A stretch of DNA of 64,000 nt from Gemmatimonas sp. (GCA_031414535.1 JANNVQ010000030.1:128001-192000); one strand, 5' to 3'. Numbered from the stretch's first letter, positions 40,278 to 50,289 are shown. Notes: a model not told the origin generated them from the sequence alone. Translations and numbers: made by a program.

Positions 40278-43200
40278 ATGCGCGCTCGGAGCTGGTCGTC
40301 GTGGTTCGTCTTCACTCCTGTCGTTCGCTTCACCGCGCTGGCGGCCACGGTTTTTTCGACAGCAACGTGCGCGCTTGAGTCGCTGACGGCTCCTGAGAGC
40401 GATCTCGCACTCTCAATTGCTGCCGACACGGCCCTGATCGTCGGTGAGACCGTTACGATTGCGACGCTGACTTCGGGCGGCGCCCCAGTAGTCGGAGTAC
40501 GTATCCGCTACAGCAGTGAATCGCCTAGTATCATTCGCGTCGACAGCGTCTCTGGTGAGATGACAGCGCTGCTCGACGGCGTGGCGGTGGTCCGCGCGCG
40601 GGCCGATGCTCCTTCACTTCCTCCGGGCGGCGTCACCGCTTCTGTCTCGGTGCGTGCGCGCTACGCTGGCGTTGCCATCGATCCGATCGACTCGCTGACG
40701 GGTTTGGGGCAGATGGTGACGCCCGTGGTCCGAGGATTGGGTGTGAGCGGCGCCCCAGCCGGCATCGTCACCGCCACGCTGACCGTCTCTGATACGACCG
40801 TACTCCGTCGCAACGGAAATCAGTTCTTTGCGCGTGCCAATGGCACGACCAACATCGTGGCGACCTATGGCACGCTGACCGCAACGCGCGCCGTGCGCGT
40901 CCGACGTGTGGCGAAGTCGGTGAGCGCTGCCGCTCAGCCCTTCGTATTCACGGCCATCGGTCGCGACACCAACCTCATCGTCGTAGTGCGCGATACGCGG
41001 GACTCCATCATCGCGAGCCCTGCGCTTGTGGTGCAAAGCCTCGACGCCGCTGCCATTCAAGTTGGTGCCGGCAATGTTCTGCGTTCACTGCGGACTGGGA
41101 CCTCGACCGTCCGCGTCAGCGTGGACACGGCTTCTCTCACCGTCAGCACCTCCGTCTCACAAGTGCCGACGCAGCTCGTCAAGCTATCCGGCGACGCGCA
41201 GACGGGAGTCGTTGGGAGCGCACTGCCTGAGTCTCTCAGCGTGCAGGTGCGGGACGCAGGCGGCACGAGCATCGCCGGTGCGAGCGTAGCCTTCTCCCTG
41301 GGCTCGGGTGGCGGCAGCGTACAGACCGCCACCAGCGTCGCGGATGCGCAAGGTCGCGCCTTTGCAGGAGCTTGGACCCTCGGCACCGTTCCCGGCACCG
41401 CCACGCTCAGCGCTGCAGTCGGGGCAGCGGTCACCTCGTTTTCTGCTACGGCGCAGCCGGGAGCCGCGGCCAGCCTCGTGCTCAGTGCATCGCCGATCAG
41501 CGGAAGTGCGGGTCAAGTACTCACGCCAATTCAGGTGACGCTGCGCGATCAATTCGGGAACATCGCAACGCTCGCGACCGCAACGGTGAGTCTCACCGTG
41601 TCGGAAGGAACGCTGAGCGGCACGACCTCTAGGGTCGCGACGGCTGGCATAGCGCATTTCAACGATATCGTGTTCGGACGCCCCGCTTCCCAGATACGAC
41701 TCAGTGCGCAGGCTACTGGCGTTTCAAACGCAGTGCTCAGTGGCCCGTTCAACGTGGTGGGCGCGCCGTTCCGTCTCCGATTCTCGAGCCAGCCGACGAG
41801 CATCGTCGCCAATGCCCCATTCGCTCCCGGCGTGACCGTCGCGATTGAGGATTCCATTGGAAACGCACTTCCCGCTGCGACGAACCAAGTGACCCTCACA
41901 CGCGGCGCGGGTGGCGACTCATCAGCAGTATTGCTCGGCGGTTTGACTTCCAACGCGGTTGCCGGCTCTGTCACATTCGGCACAGCCACGTTGCAGCGCG
42001 CCGGAACTGGCTACACGCTGGTCGCATCGGCGACCGGACTGGCGAGCGCCACGAGCAATCCCTTCAACGTCTCGGCAGGCACCGCTTCGCGCTTGGAGTA
42101 TCGAGTCCAACCGACGACCATAGGCCCCAACGTGCCCATCACCCCCGCGCCGCAAGTCGCGGTGACGGACGCCTTCGGCAACCAGACGACCAGCAGCGTC
42201 TCGGTGGCGATGGCCTTCGGTGCGAACGCTACCGGCGCCACGTTGTCGGGCACAACCAGCACGACCTCCGCATCCGGCCTCGCGACCTTCAGCAACCTCC
42301 GCCTCAACACGGTGGGCAGTGGCTACACCCTCGTGGCCGCGAGTGCGGGCCTTACCTCGGCTACGAGCGACACCTTCCGAGTCCTTGGCCCTGGAACGCC
42401 GCGCGCGCTGATCTTCAGCACCCAGCCGAGCACGGCGACCGCTGGAGTTGCGAATCCTGCATCTATTACGGTGCGGGTCATTGACAGCGTGGGTGTCACG
42501 GTGAGTTCGTCGTCGGCGTCTGTCACGTTGGAGTTCGCGGACAATCCCAATGCCGGAACTCTCTCCGGGACCCTGACTCGCAGCGCAGTCAATGGAGTGG
42601 CGACGTTCACTGACGTGCGAGTGAATCGCTCAGGGACTGGAACCACCTTGCGCGCCATCTCAGCGGGTCTCACCCCTGATACCAGCGCCGCTTTTGCCGT
42701 GGTGCCGGGAGCGATCTCTAACCTTGCATGGCAGGTGCAGCCGGATTCCGGGATTGCAGGAGAAGCGATGTCGCCCGCCCCCGTCGTGGCCTGGCGGGAC
42801 GGACAAGGAAACGTCGTGTCCAGTGCTACCGACACCATCGTCGTGAGCCTGAGCGGCCAGCCTGGAAATGCGACACTGACTGGAACGCTCAGAGTTGCCG
42901 CCGTTAATGGCGTTGCCACCTTCTCGAACCTCGTGCTCGACAGGGCGTACACGAGCTACAGCTTGCGGGCGGCGAGCGTCTCAAATTCACCCGCCGCTCT
43001 CAGCTCGAGCTTCGTAATCGTCGGTGGTGCACCGGCGGGCGTGGAGCTCACGAGCGAGCCAGCTCTGCGTGCGGTCAACGCAGACCTACCGACCATATCA
43101 GCGCGCGTCGTCGATGCCTTCGGTAACCTTGCGGCGGGTTCGACGAATGAAGTTTCGCTTACGCTGGCCACCAACACGTTCAACGCGGCTCTCGGCGGAA

Positions 43201-45305
43201 CGACCACGAGAAGCGCGGCGAACGGCAGCGTCTCCTTCAACAGCTTGTCGGTGGCGCTGCCCGGGCGTGACCTTCGCATCGTCGCCACAAGCCCACTGCT
43301 CGCGCCCGATACGTCGGCGGTGTTCAACATCTACGGCGCACCCCACAGCATTTCCTTCTCGACTCAGCCCGTAAACGGTATCCGCAACGCGATACTTGCG
43401 CCTTCAGTTGTCCTGCAGGTGCTAGACTCGGTGGGGAATCTCGCACTCGGTGCTTCTGGCAGCGCCACCATCTCGCTTGCCGTCAATACCAATGCCGGGT
43501 CGTTGAGTGGAACCCTTTCCCGCGGGTTCAGCTCTGGCGTTGCGACCTTCGACAACCTTCGCGTCGACTCGGCAGGCATCGGATATCGGTTGGGCGCCAG
43601 CTTCTCCTCACTTCCGACGGTGCAGAGCTCCACATTCAACCTTGCCGCGTTTGGCACTGCGACGCAGTTGCGGGTGCTCGATCAACCTGCGTCGGCCGAT
43701 GTGGATTCGATCATTCGCCCAGCGGTGCAAGTCGCGATTTTGGACGCGGTGCAGAATCGCGTGACGAACTCTACGGCGAGCGTGACGATTGCGCTGGGCT
43801 CCAACAGCGGCAGCGGAACCCTCAACGGCACAAGGACAAAAGCTGCCGTGAACGGTGTTGCGACATTTGATAGTCTCTCGGTCAGTGCCGCAGGAACCGT
43901 GACGCTTGCGGCCAGTTCTGCGGGACTGACAGCCACGGCCACATCGGCATTCGGTATTGTGAATCCAGGCCAACCCGTACGCTTCGTGTTTGACGTGCAG
44001 CCCTCGAATCAGGTAGCGGGAAACATTATGGTGCCCGCCGTTCGCGTGTGCGCCGTCAACAGCGCTGGGGCACTGACGCCAAGCTATTCCTCCTCCATCA
44101 CTCTTTCCGTACGTAGTGGCCCGCTGAGTGGTTCGATCACGGGAACTACTTCAGCGGTGGCAGGCTCGGGCTGTGCCACATTCTCGAACATCAGTTTCCG
44201 CAAGGTCGGTGTGTACTCACTTCGCGCCGCACAAGGCGGGTTGCTTGGAGAGAGCGCGACGTTTACGGTGACACACGGATTTGCACATCACCTTGCGTAC
44301 ACCGCAGCTCCCTCGATTGTGGTCGCCGGCGACACCATCACTACGCCAGTTACCGTCGAAGTACGTGATGAGTTTGGCAACACTGTTGAGAACGCCGCGA
44401 ACAACATCACCATCTGTTACGGGACAAGCTATCCGCAGAGTTCTTGCTTAACCCCAACCTACCTCGATGGAAATGTCACCGAGACAGCAATCAACGGAGT
44501 CGCAAACTTTTCAGGCCTAAGAGTGCGACTCGGCACAAATTACCAAACATTTACGGCTTTTTCCGGTGCTCTTTCAACCTACGAGTATTCAACGTCGAGA
44601 AACGAGTATATCGAAGGGTACACCTTACCAACTTTCAGGCCGGGCTCGCCGTACACTTTGTACATCGACCCCACTCATCCGCGGTCAAATCAAGGCGCGC
44701 TTGTCGTCATCGCTCGCGAGGCAATTCCAACTTTTGTCGTGGAAGTAAGGGACTCACTCGGAAACAATGCAGCTGCTTGGAACCTCCCCGTTGTTATCGC
44801 ATTGAATTCGAATCCAACGGGGGCCTCTCTTAACGGCGTGACCGCACGGTTGCCCGCCAGTGGCTATTACGCCAGTTTCTCTGGCGTCGGCATTGACCGA
44901 GTCGGTACCGGGTACACAGTAGTCGCGAGCAGCGCAGGCCTCGTTTCAGCGGAGACTGCGCCATTCAACGCAGTATCACGCACGGCAAGCTCGCTGCGCT
45001 TCGCAACACAGCCGGCAAGCGCCGCAGTCGGAGCCGCCATCTCGCCCGCAATCCGCGTCCAAGTCGAGGATGAGCTCGGTAATACAGTCACCTCGTCATT
45101 CGGTACCATCACGCTTGCCATCCAGACAAACCCAGGCGGAGCCACGCTCGGCGGCACCCTCACAGTCAACGTCGTAAACGGCGTCGCCCAGTTCCCCAAC
45201 ATCACTCTCTCCGCCGCCGGCACCGGATACACGCTCCGCGCCACAACCAACATCTCCGGCGTCACAGGCACCTTCGTCAGTCAATCCTTCAACATCACGC
45301 CCTAG
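40278..45305 (+). CDS. giant Ig-like tandem-repeat surface (lipo)protein, about 1,675 aa
   Basis: GGGAGG RBS; signal peptide ending TATC; Big-like N-terminal domains, then about 12 repeats of ~100 aa (L.F..QP...V.D..GN...L.GT....NGVATF..L....G.GYTL.A...S..F). Confidence 0.85.
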   Translation: MRARSWSSWFVFTPVVRFTALAATVFSTATCALESLTAPESDLALSIAADTALIVGETVTIATLTSGGAPVVGVRIRYSSESPSIIRVDSVSGEMTALLDGVAVVRARADAPSLPPGGVTASVSVRARYAGVAIDPIDSLTGLGQMVTPVVRGLGVSGAPAGIVTATLTVSDTTVLRRNGNQFFARANGTTNIVATYGTLTATRAVRVRRVAKSVSAAAQPFVFTAIGRDTNLIVVVRDTRDSIIASPALVVQSLDAAAIQVGAGNVLRSLRTGTSTVRVSVDTASLTVSTSVSQVPTQLVKLSGDAQTGVVGSALPESLSVQVRDAGGTSIAGASVAFSLGSGGGSVQTATSVADAQGRAFAGAWTLGTVPGTATLSAAVGAAVTSFSATAQPGAAASLVLSASPISGSAGQVLTPIQVTLRDQFGNIATLATATVSLTVSEGTLSGTTSRVATAGIAHFNDIVFGRPASQIRLSAQATGVSNAVLSGPFNVVGAPFRLRFSSQPTSIVANAPFAPGVTVAIEDSIGNALPAATNQVTLTRGAGGDSSAVLLGGLTSNAVAGSVTFGTATLQRAGTGYTLVASATGLASATSNPFNVSAGTASRLEYRVQPTTIGPNVPITPAPQVAVTDAFGNQTTSSVSVAMAFGANATGATLSGTTSTTSASGLATFSNLRLNTVGSGYTLVAASAGLTSATSDTFRVLGPGTPRALIFSTQPSTATAGVANPASITVRVIDSVGVTVSSSSASVTLEFADNPNAGTLSGTLTRSAVNGVATFTDVRVNRSGTGTTLRAISAGLTPDTSAAFAVVPGAISNLAWQVQPDSGIAGEAMSPAPVVAWRDGQGNVVSSATDTIVVSLSGQPGNATLTGTLRVAAVNGVATFSNLVLDRAYTSYSLRAASVSNSPAALSSSFVIVGGAPAGVELTSEPALRAVNADLPTISARVVDAFGNLAAGSTNEVSLTLATNTFNAALGGTTTRSAANGSVSFNSLSVALPGRDLRIVATSPLLAPDTSAVFNIYGAPHSISFSTQPVNGIRNAILAPSVVLQVLDSVGNLALGASGSATISLAVNTNAGSLSGTLSRGFSSGVATFDNLRVDSAGIGYRLGASFSSLPTVQSSTFNLAAFGTATQLRVLDQPASADVDSIIRPAVQVAILDAVQNRVTNSTASVTIALGSNSGSGTLNGTRTKAAVNGVATFDSLSVSAAGTVTLAASSAGLTATATSAFGIVNPGQPVRFVFDVQPSNQVAGNIMVPAVRVCAVNSAGALTPSYSSSITLSVRSGPLSGSITGTTSAVAGSGCATFSNISFRKVGVYSLRAAQGGLLGESATFTVTHGFAHHLAYTAAPSIVVAGDTITTPVTVEVRDEFGNTVENAANNITICYGTSYPQSSCLTPTYLDGNVTETAINGVANFSGLRVRLGTNYQTFTAFSGALSTYEYSTSRNEYIEGYTLPTFRPGSPYTLYIDPTHPRSNQGALVVIAREAIPTFVVEVRDSLGNNAAAWNLPVVIALNSNPTGASLNGVTARLPASGYYASFSGVGIDRVGTGYTVVASSAGLVSAETAPFNAVSRTASSLRFATQPASAAVGAAISPAIRVQVEDELGNTVTSSFGTITLAIQTNPGGATLGGTLTVNVVNGVAQFPNITLSAAGTGYTLRATTNISGVTGTFVSQSFNITP

Positions 45306-45309
45306 CGCA

Positions 45310-47088
45310 GTGGCAACCACACTCGCTTGCCCGCGTTGCACCACCGCCAACTCGAGTGGCGCAACGTTTTGCGTGTCCTGCGGAGCAAGCCTGACCGCTG
45401 ACGCGCACGACGAACCCACGGTACCAGGCGCGCCGAGCACGCCAAGCGCTCGTCGCAACGACGCCGCAATGCTCGAGCGTCTGCGACACGCCACGCTCGG
45501 CAACTACGACGTCGCCATGGAGCTCGGTCGCGGCGGTATGGCCGCCGTGTATCTCGCACATGACCTGCGCCTCGACCGAAAGGTCGCCATCAAGGTGATG
45601 CTCCCTGAGCTCACCCACGGCGAGGAGATGGTGGAGCGCTTCCGCCGCGAAGCGCGCACGGCCGGCAACCTCTCGCATCCGCACATCATCCCGATCCACG
45701 ACGTGCACGACGAGGATGGACTCGTCTTCTTCGTGATGAAGTTCGTGGAAGGCCGCAGCCTCGACTCCGTCGTGCGCGAACTCGGGCCACTGCCCATCAA
45801 GATGGTGGAAACCATCCTCACGCAGTCAGCAGGCGCCCTCGCCTACGCGCATCGCAAGGGCGTCATCCACAGAGACATCAAGCCCGCGAACATCATGCTG
45901 GACGAGGAGGGCTGGGCAGTGGTGACGGACTTTGGCATTGCCAAGGTCACGGACGCCGCGATGCTCACCACCACCGGCTCGACGATGGGCACGCCCTACT
46001 ATATGAGTCCGGAGCAGTGCTCATCCAAGCCGGTCACCGGTGCCTCTGATCAGTACTCGTTGGGCGTCACCTGTTACGAGTTGCTGACCGGCTCACCGCC
46101 GTTCAACGGCCCCTCGCTGATGGAAGTGATGAGCGGCCACTTCTTCACGGCGCCCACACCCATCCGCCAAGTTCGCCCTGAGTGCCCGCACGAGCTCGAG
46201 GCAATCGTGATGCGGATGCTTGAGAAGAATCCCGAGCAACGCTTCGCGCACCTGAATGAGGTTGTCAGCGCGCTCAAGGCTCCCACTCTCGCACACGATG
46301 ATCCTGTTCGCGAACAGATGATTGACCTGGCGCGTAGCGGTGCCAAGCTCCGTGAGCGCCTCAGCGTGCCCATTTCGCCCATTCCGGCGGTGCGCCCGGC
46401 AGGCAGACGGCCCTCACAGTCCCCGCGAGCGGGCACTGGCGAGGCGGCCGTTCCGTCGGTGTCGCAGGACGCCGAGACGCTGCGTCAGGCCAAGAAACCC
46501 AACTGGATACGGAATGCGGCGGCAGGCGTAGCGGTGATTGTGGTGGCCGCCGTGGCCGTGACGCAGTGGCCCGCAGACAAGACCGCCGGTACAGATCTAT
46601 CTCAGCCGGCGGCCGCAGTAGAGACAACGCCGACGCCGCTTCCTGCACTAGGACTCGAAAGCGGTACAGGCGTCAAGCCGGCCTCGGAAATGGAGACCAC
46701 GACCGTGGCGCCCACAAAGACCCCACCCCCCCCTGAGCCGAGACCTCGTGAACCGGCGGCAAGAACGCGTCAGGTCGTGACGCCACCGCCGGCGCCAGTT
46801 GTCCTAGATACGCCAGTAACCGTACCGGAGCCGCAAACGCCGGCGCAAACCACCGGTCGCATCCAACTCGCAACCCGCACACCGGGTGCGATGCTCTACC
46901 TGAACGGCGAACCACTGCAGGTGATGGGCACTCGCCCTCAGGTCATTTCACTCCAGGTTGGCCGGAACCAGATCAGCCTCGTGGCCGAAGGTTGTACCTC
47001 GTGGGATACCACCATCACGGTCGTTGCCTCTACAACCCAAAGCATCGGCCGCCGAGAACTGCGCTGCGGTGCGGATCCCAGAGACTGA
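45310..47088 (+). CDS. Hanks-type Ser/Thr kinase (N-terminal zinc ribbon, TM, Pro-rich linker, PEGA-like C-terminus)
   Basis: CPRC...CVSC; LGRGGMAAV, VAIK, HRDIKPAN, DFG, GTPYYMSPEQ. Confidence 0.93.
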   Translation: MATTLACPRCTTANSSGATFCVSCGASLTADAHDEPTVPGAPSTPSARRNDAAMLERLRHATLGNYDVAMELGRGGMAAVYLAHDLRLDRKVAIKVMLPELTHGEEMVERFRREARTAGNLSHPHIIPIHDVHDEDGLVFFVMKFVEGRSLDSVVRELGPLPIKMVETILTQSAGALAYAHRKGVIHRDIKPANIMLDEEGWAVVTDFGIAKVTDAAMLTTTGSTMGTPYYMSPEQCSSKPVTGASDQYSLGVTCYELLTGSPPFNGPSLMEVMSGHFFTAPTPIRQVRPECPHELEAIVMRMLEKNPEQRFAHLNEVVSALKAPTLAHDDPVREQMIDLARSGAKLRERLSVPISPIPAVRPAGRRPSQSPRAGTGEAAVPSVSQDAETLRQAKKPNWIRNAAAGVAVIVVAAVAVTQWPADKTAGTDLSQPAAAVETTPTPLPALGLESGTGVKPASEMETTTVAPTKTPPPPEPRPREPAARTRQVVTPPPAPVVLDTPVTVPEPQTPAQTTGRIQLATRTPGAMLYLNGEPLQVMGTRPQVISLQVGRNQISLVAEGCTSWDTTITVVASTTQSIGRRELRCGADPRD

Positions 47089-47093
47089 GGAGT

Positions 47094-48176
47094 ATGCTCC
47101 AGACCCTTCGAAGATTCATCGTGGTCATTGCAGCCTTGCCGCTCGTGGGAACCCCAGCGCAGGCTCAACGCTCGCCGATCGTGGACGTGATGTTGCGCGC
47201 TCGCACGGCGCTCAATGACTTTCGCTTCGCCGAGGCGGATTCGCTCTCTACGCTGGTTCTCACGGCCTTTGACCGACAGCTGAATCGTCAGCAACGCATC
47301 GAAGCGCTATCAATTGCGGCGGCGGCCAGATTCCCGGATGCGGTCGAGGGCGCAGTCCAGCGCCGCGAATCCGCGCTCGAAGCGCTACGCCAGTTGGTTC
47401 GTCTGGATCCGGAAATTCGCCTCCGTGAGGATCTGAGCTGGAGCGGCCTCGACGTCCTGCTCGATGAGGCAAGAGCATCGACCTTCGTGCCGCGCGCCGC
47501 CCATGTCGCCCAGTCATCACTACCATCTGGTCAGGTGCAGAACGTTGTCACGGGTACCTCAACACTGCCCGCGCGCTGGACTTGGCGCCTCACACCGGAC
47601 TCAGGCGCCGCACCGGTCCTGCAAGACAGCAGCGGTCCCGCGCTCACCGCGACCGTGCCTCTACGCTTCACGCTCGGCGAGGAAGCCAGCAGCATTCGCG
47701 ACGGCAGCTACCGCTTGCTCGTCACCGCGCGCAATGTGTCGGCGAGGACGGACAGCGCGACTTGGGCTTATCGCGTGATTGTGAGCGCGCCAGTGCTTGA
47801 GCGCGTCCCTGTCCCCGCTGCGCTCGACCCCGCGACGCTACTTCCCGAAGTCGCGCCTCGTGCGCGCACGCGAGGCGTCGTCGCTGGCCTAATCGCCGGC
47901 GCCGTGACTATCGCCGGCACATCGGCAATTCGTGCGAGCTCTGACTTATCGTCCGCAGTCTCAGTCGATTCGCGTTCGGTGATGGTGGGGGTCCTGATTG
48001 CGCTCGGAGCGGGCACTGCGGGGTTCTTGGATAAAGGGCAGGCGCTACCAGAGAACGCGGCCGCGAATCTCCAAGCGCGGACGCAGCGCACGAACGAGAT
48101 CCAAGCCGCTATCGCAGAGAACCGCCGGCGCAACGAATCGTACAGAGCCACTGTCACTGTCGAGGCTATCCCGTGA
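47094..48176 (+). CDS. secreted TPR-like/Ig-like protein with C-terminal Gly-rich hydrophobic hairpin and coiled coil
   Basis: GAGGAG RBS; signal peptide; helical N-terminus (LVRLDPEIRL); GVVAGLIAG...GVLIALGAGTAG; ENAAAN...AENRRRN. Confidence 0.6.
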   Translation: MLQTLRRFIVVIAALPLVGTPAQAQRSPIVDVMLRARTALNDFRFAEADSLSTLVLTAFDRQLNRQQRIEALSIAAAARFPDAVEGAVQRRESALEALRQLVRLDPEIRLREDLSWSGLDVLLDEARASTFVPRAAHVAQSSLPSGQVQNVVTGTSTLPARWTWRLTPDSGAAPVLQDSSGPALTATVPLRFTLGEEASSIRDGSYRLLVTARNVSARTDSATWAYRVIVSAPVLERVPVPAALDPATLLPEVAPRARTRGVVAGLIAGAVTIAGTSAIRASSDLSSAVSVDSRSVMVGVLIALGAGTAGFLDKGQALPENAAANLQARTQRTNEIQAAIAENRRRNESYRATVTVEAIP

Positions 48177-48826
48177 AGCTCCGCCTGACGCATCTCTTCG
48201 CCGGGCTTGCAACCTGCCTCGCCTCAGTCACCGCGCAGGCTCAGGAGCCGAAATTCGAGTTTCGACTCGGTGGCGTATCGCAGCTCAGCGTGCGCAACGC
48301 CCTGCTTGCCAGCGATGCCAGCAGCTCCAACGGCAGCACCGGCGGTGTGGACCTCGGACTTCGATGGAAGCAGTTCGGATTCGCCGTGCGAGCCCACGGC
48401 GGCACCTTCGATGACAGCGGTCCCGCTGGTGGCAGCATTGGCGATCTCGCCTTTGCGGATGCAATGCTGCTGATGGGGCCTCGCGTCACGGCCCTCCACC
48501 TCGGCTACGGCCTGCGAGGCAGCAGTTCCGTCCTCGGCGCGAGTTCGTTCTCGTTCGCCCGCGCGGGCCTCACCTCAGCGATTGAAATCGGCGGCACCGG
48601 CATATCCGCGGTCTTTTCGGGTGGGCTCTTGGTGCCGTCCTTCGGTGAGACTGAAGCCACAGGATTCGAACTCGAGACGTCCTTGATCTGGGCCCCGCGT
48701 CGCTTCCCGGTCTTTGCGCAGTTCGGTTACCGCCACGAGCAATTCAACTTGGTGTCAGGCGACTTTGAGCGTCCTGAAGAGACCGGGAGCGTCGTGCTAA
48801 GCGGCGGCCTCCGACTCAGCCGATGA
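48173..48826 (+). CDS. probable small outer-membrane beta-barrel
   Basis: Signal peptide AQA; amphipathic strands; C-terminal LSGGLRL; GTGA overlap. Confidence 0.6.
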   Translation: MKLRLTHLFAGLATCLASVTAQAQEPKFEFRLGGVSQLSVRNALLASDASSSNGSTGGVDLGLRWKQFGFAVRAHGGTFDDSGPAGGSIGDLAFADAMLLMGPRVTALHLGYGLRGSSSVLGASSFSFARAGLTSAIEIGGTGISAVFSGGLLVPSFGETEATGFELETSLIWAPRRFPVFAQFGYRHEQFNLVSGDFERPEETGSVVLSGGLRLSR

Positions 48827-48839
48827 GCCCGAGCAGGCC

Positions 48840-49328
48840 TCAGCGAAGTCTTCGAATCTCCTCAAGCACCACAATGTCCGCTACATCCTGCGGCCGCCCC
48901 GTTCGCTTAGACGCAATCAGGTCATCGAGCGACAGCGTGGGGATGTCCACGCCCTCCACTTCGAAGTGCACAACACTGCGCACGGCATCCCGGTACCGTA
49001 CGCTCCACGCCAACGTGAGAATGTCTACCCGAGGATCGTCACCAATGATGGTCACGAACTTCCGCGCCACCTCCGCCGCAGCCCACTCCTTGGCGAAGCC
49101 GTAGCCCATCGTCGCAAGCGCATCCAGCACGCGCTGCGCGTTGGGCGCGTTGGCTTCAATCAGGATATCAATATCCCGCGTGGCGCGCGCTGAACCCCAG
49201 AGTTGTAGTGCGCGCGCGCCGGCTAAGAGGTAGTGGGCGCCCGCCTGATTGAGCCGCCAGCACACATCAGCGAGCTCAGTACGAAACGGCGGCTTTAACG
49301 TAAACCCAGCGCCTCCGCGCGCTTCCAC
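48840..49328 (-). CDS. Pol-beta-like nucleotidyltransferase (DUF6036/AbiEii-like), putative toxin
   Basis: GA.AL..WG..RAT.DIDI and DLIASK.TGR.QD.AD motifs; start uncertain. Confidence 0.75.
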   Translation of the reverse strand: MEARGGAGFTLKPPFRTELADVCWRLNQAGAHYLLAGARALQLWGSARATRDIDILIEANAPNAQRVLDALATMGYGFAKEWAAAEVARKFVTIIGDDPRVDILTLAWSVRYRDAVRSVVHFEVEGVDIPTLSLDDLIASKRTGRPQDVADIVVLEEIRRLR

Positions 49329-49642
49329 TCCAAGAAATCCTCGAAGCGTTCGAAGCTCACGAACAAGGATCCATACCGACGCGTCGGCACTTCGCGCGCC
49401 GTGCGCTCCGCCGCGGCCACGCGCTCGGTCGGCGTCATCGCGAGATCAGCCTCGAGCTGCACACGTCGCGAATCGTCCAGCCGCGGTGGCTTCGCCGGAG
49501 CGGGCTCCTCCAGATGCCGAACCGCCTCGGCCAGCACCCAACTCCGCGAGCGTCCCTCGCGCTTCGCAATCCGATCGGCCCGCCGGAGGACGTCGGGCGG
49601 GATAGTCATGCTGATACGAGCGAGGGAGGATTCATTAGACAT
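49295..49642 (-). CDS. ribbon-helix-helix (CopG-like) protein, putative antitoxin/regulator
   Basis: RISMTIPPDVLRRADRIAKREGRSRSWVLAEAV; C-terminal MTPTERV. Confidence 0.75.
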   Translation of the reverse strand: MSNESSLARISMTIPPDVLRRADRIAKREGRSRSWVLAEAVRHLEEPAPAKPPRLDDSRRVQLEADLAMTPTERVAAAERTAREVPTRRYGSLFVSFERFEDFLEWKRAEALGLR

Positions 49643-49690
49643 ACTTAGTAATACTCAGTACTACCTTCCCAGAGGTCAAGGCCCGAATGC

Positions 49691-49723
49691 AAAAGGGGCC
49701 GGCTCACGTCGTGAGCCGGCCCC
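49691..49723 (-). terminator. rho-independent terminator after atpH
   Basis: 13-bp stem ggggccggctcac/gtgagccggcccc followed by T4 on the minus strand. Confidence 0.8.
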
Positions 49724-49746
49724 CATTGCAACCCAAGAACAGCGTC

Positions 49747-50289
49747 TCAGCCCTGCCCAACCAACGCCGTGCGCAGCTTGCTGATCTTACGCTTGATAGA
49801 CCCATCCATCACCTGGTCGCCCACGCGCACCACCACGCCACCAATGATCCGCTCGTCCACCGTCACGTGCGGCACCACGTTCTTGCCCAGCGCCTTCGAC
49901 AACGCCTGCGCAAGCGACTCCGTGGCCGCCGCATCGTACGGACGCGACACCGTCACACGCGCATGCACGCGGCCCTCGGCCGCATCCAACAGCGAGTGGT
50001 ACTCCGTGGCCACCTGCGGAAACAGCGTCTGACGACGGTTCGAGACCAGCTTCTGCACGAAGAGCACAAACGAGCGCGGCGCCTTGCCTGCAAGCGCCCT
50101 GCCGAGCACCGCGTTCTTCTCGGAGGCGCTCACCTGAGGCGCCGCGAGGAAGGCCTGCAGCGTGCGGTCGCCGCTCACCGCATCGCCAAGCGCGCTGATG
50201 AGCACGCCGTAGCCAGCCTGGTCATTCGCCTTGGTGGCGAGGACCAGCAGGGCCTCAGCGTAATTGCGGGCGATTGAAGCGTCGCGCAT
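49747..50289 (-). CDS. atpH: ATP synthase delta subunit
   Basis: ARNYAEAL, IIGGVVVRVGDQVMDGS. Confidence 0.95.
   Translation of the reverse strand: MRDASIARNYAEALLVLATKANDQAGYGVLISALGDAVSGDRTLQAFLAAPQVSASEKNAVLGRALAGKAPRSFVLFVQKLVSNRRQTLFPQVATEYHSLLDAAEGRVHARVTVSRPYDAAATESLAQALSKALGKNVVPHVTVDERIIGGVVVRVGDQVMDGSIKRKISKLRTALVGQG

Noticed and set aside
40061..40429. 122-aa minus-strand ORF upstream of the ferredoxin
   Set aside because: Overlaps the start of the giant Ig gene and the AT-rich promoter region, with no protein-like features.
41460..45302. Repeats of the giant Ig protein as a diversity-generating retroelement target or CRISPR-like array
   Set aside because: Repeats are protein-level and highly diverged in DNA. 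No near-identical template/variable pair, reverse transcriptase or cas gene was seen in the window.
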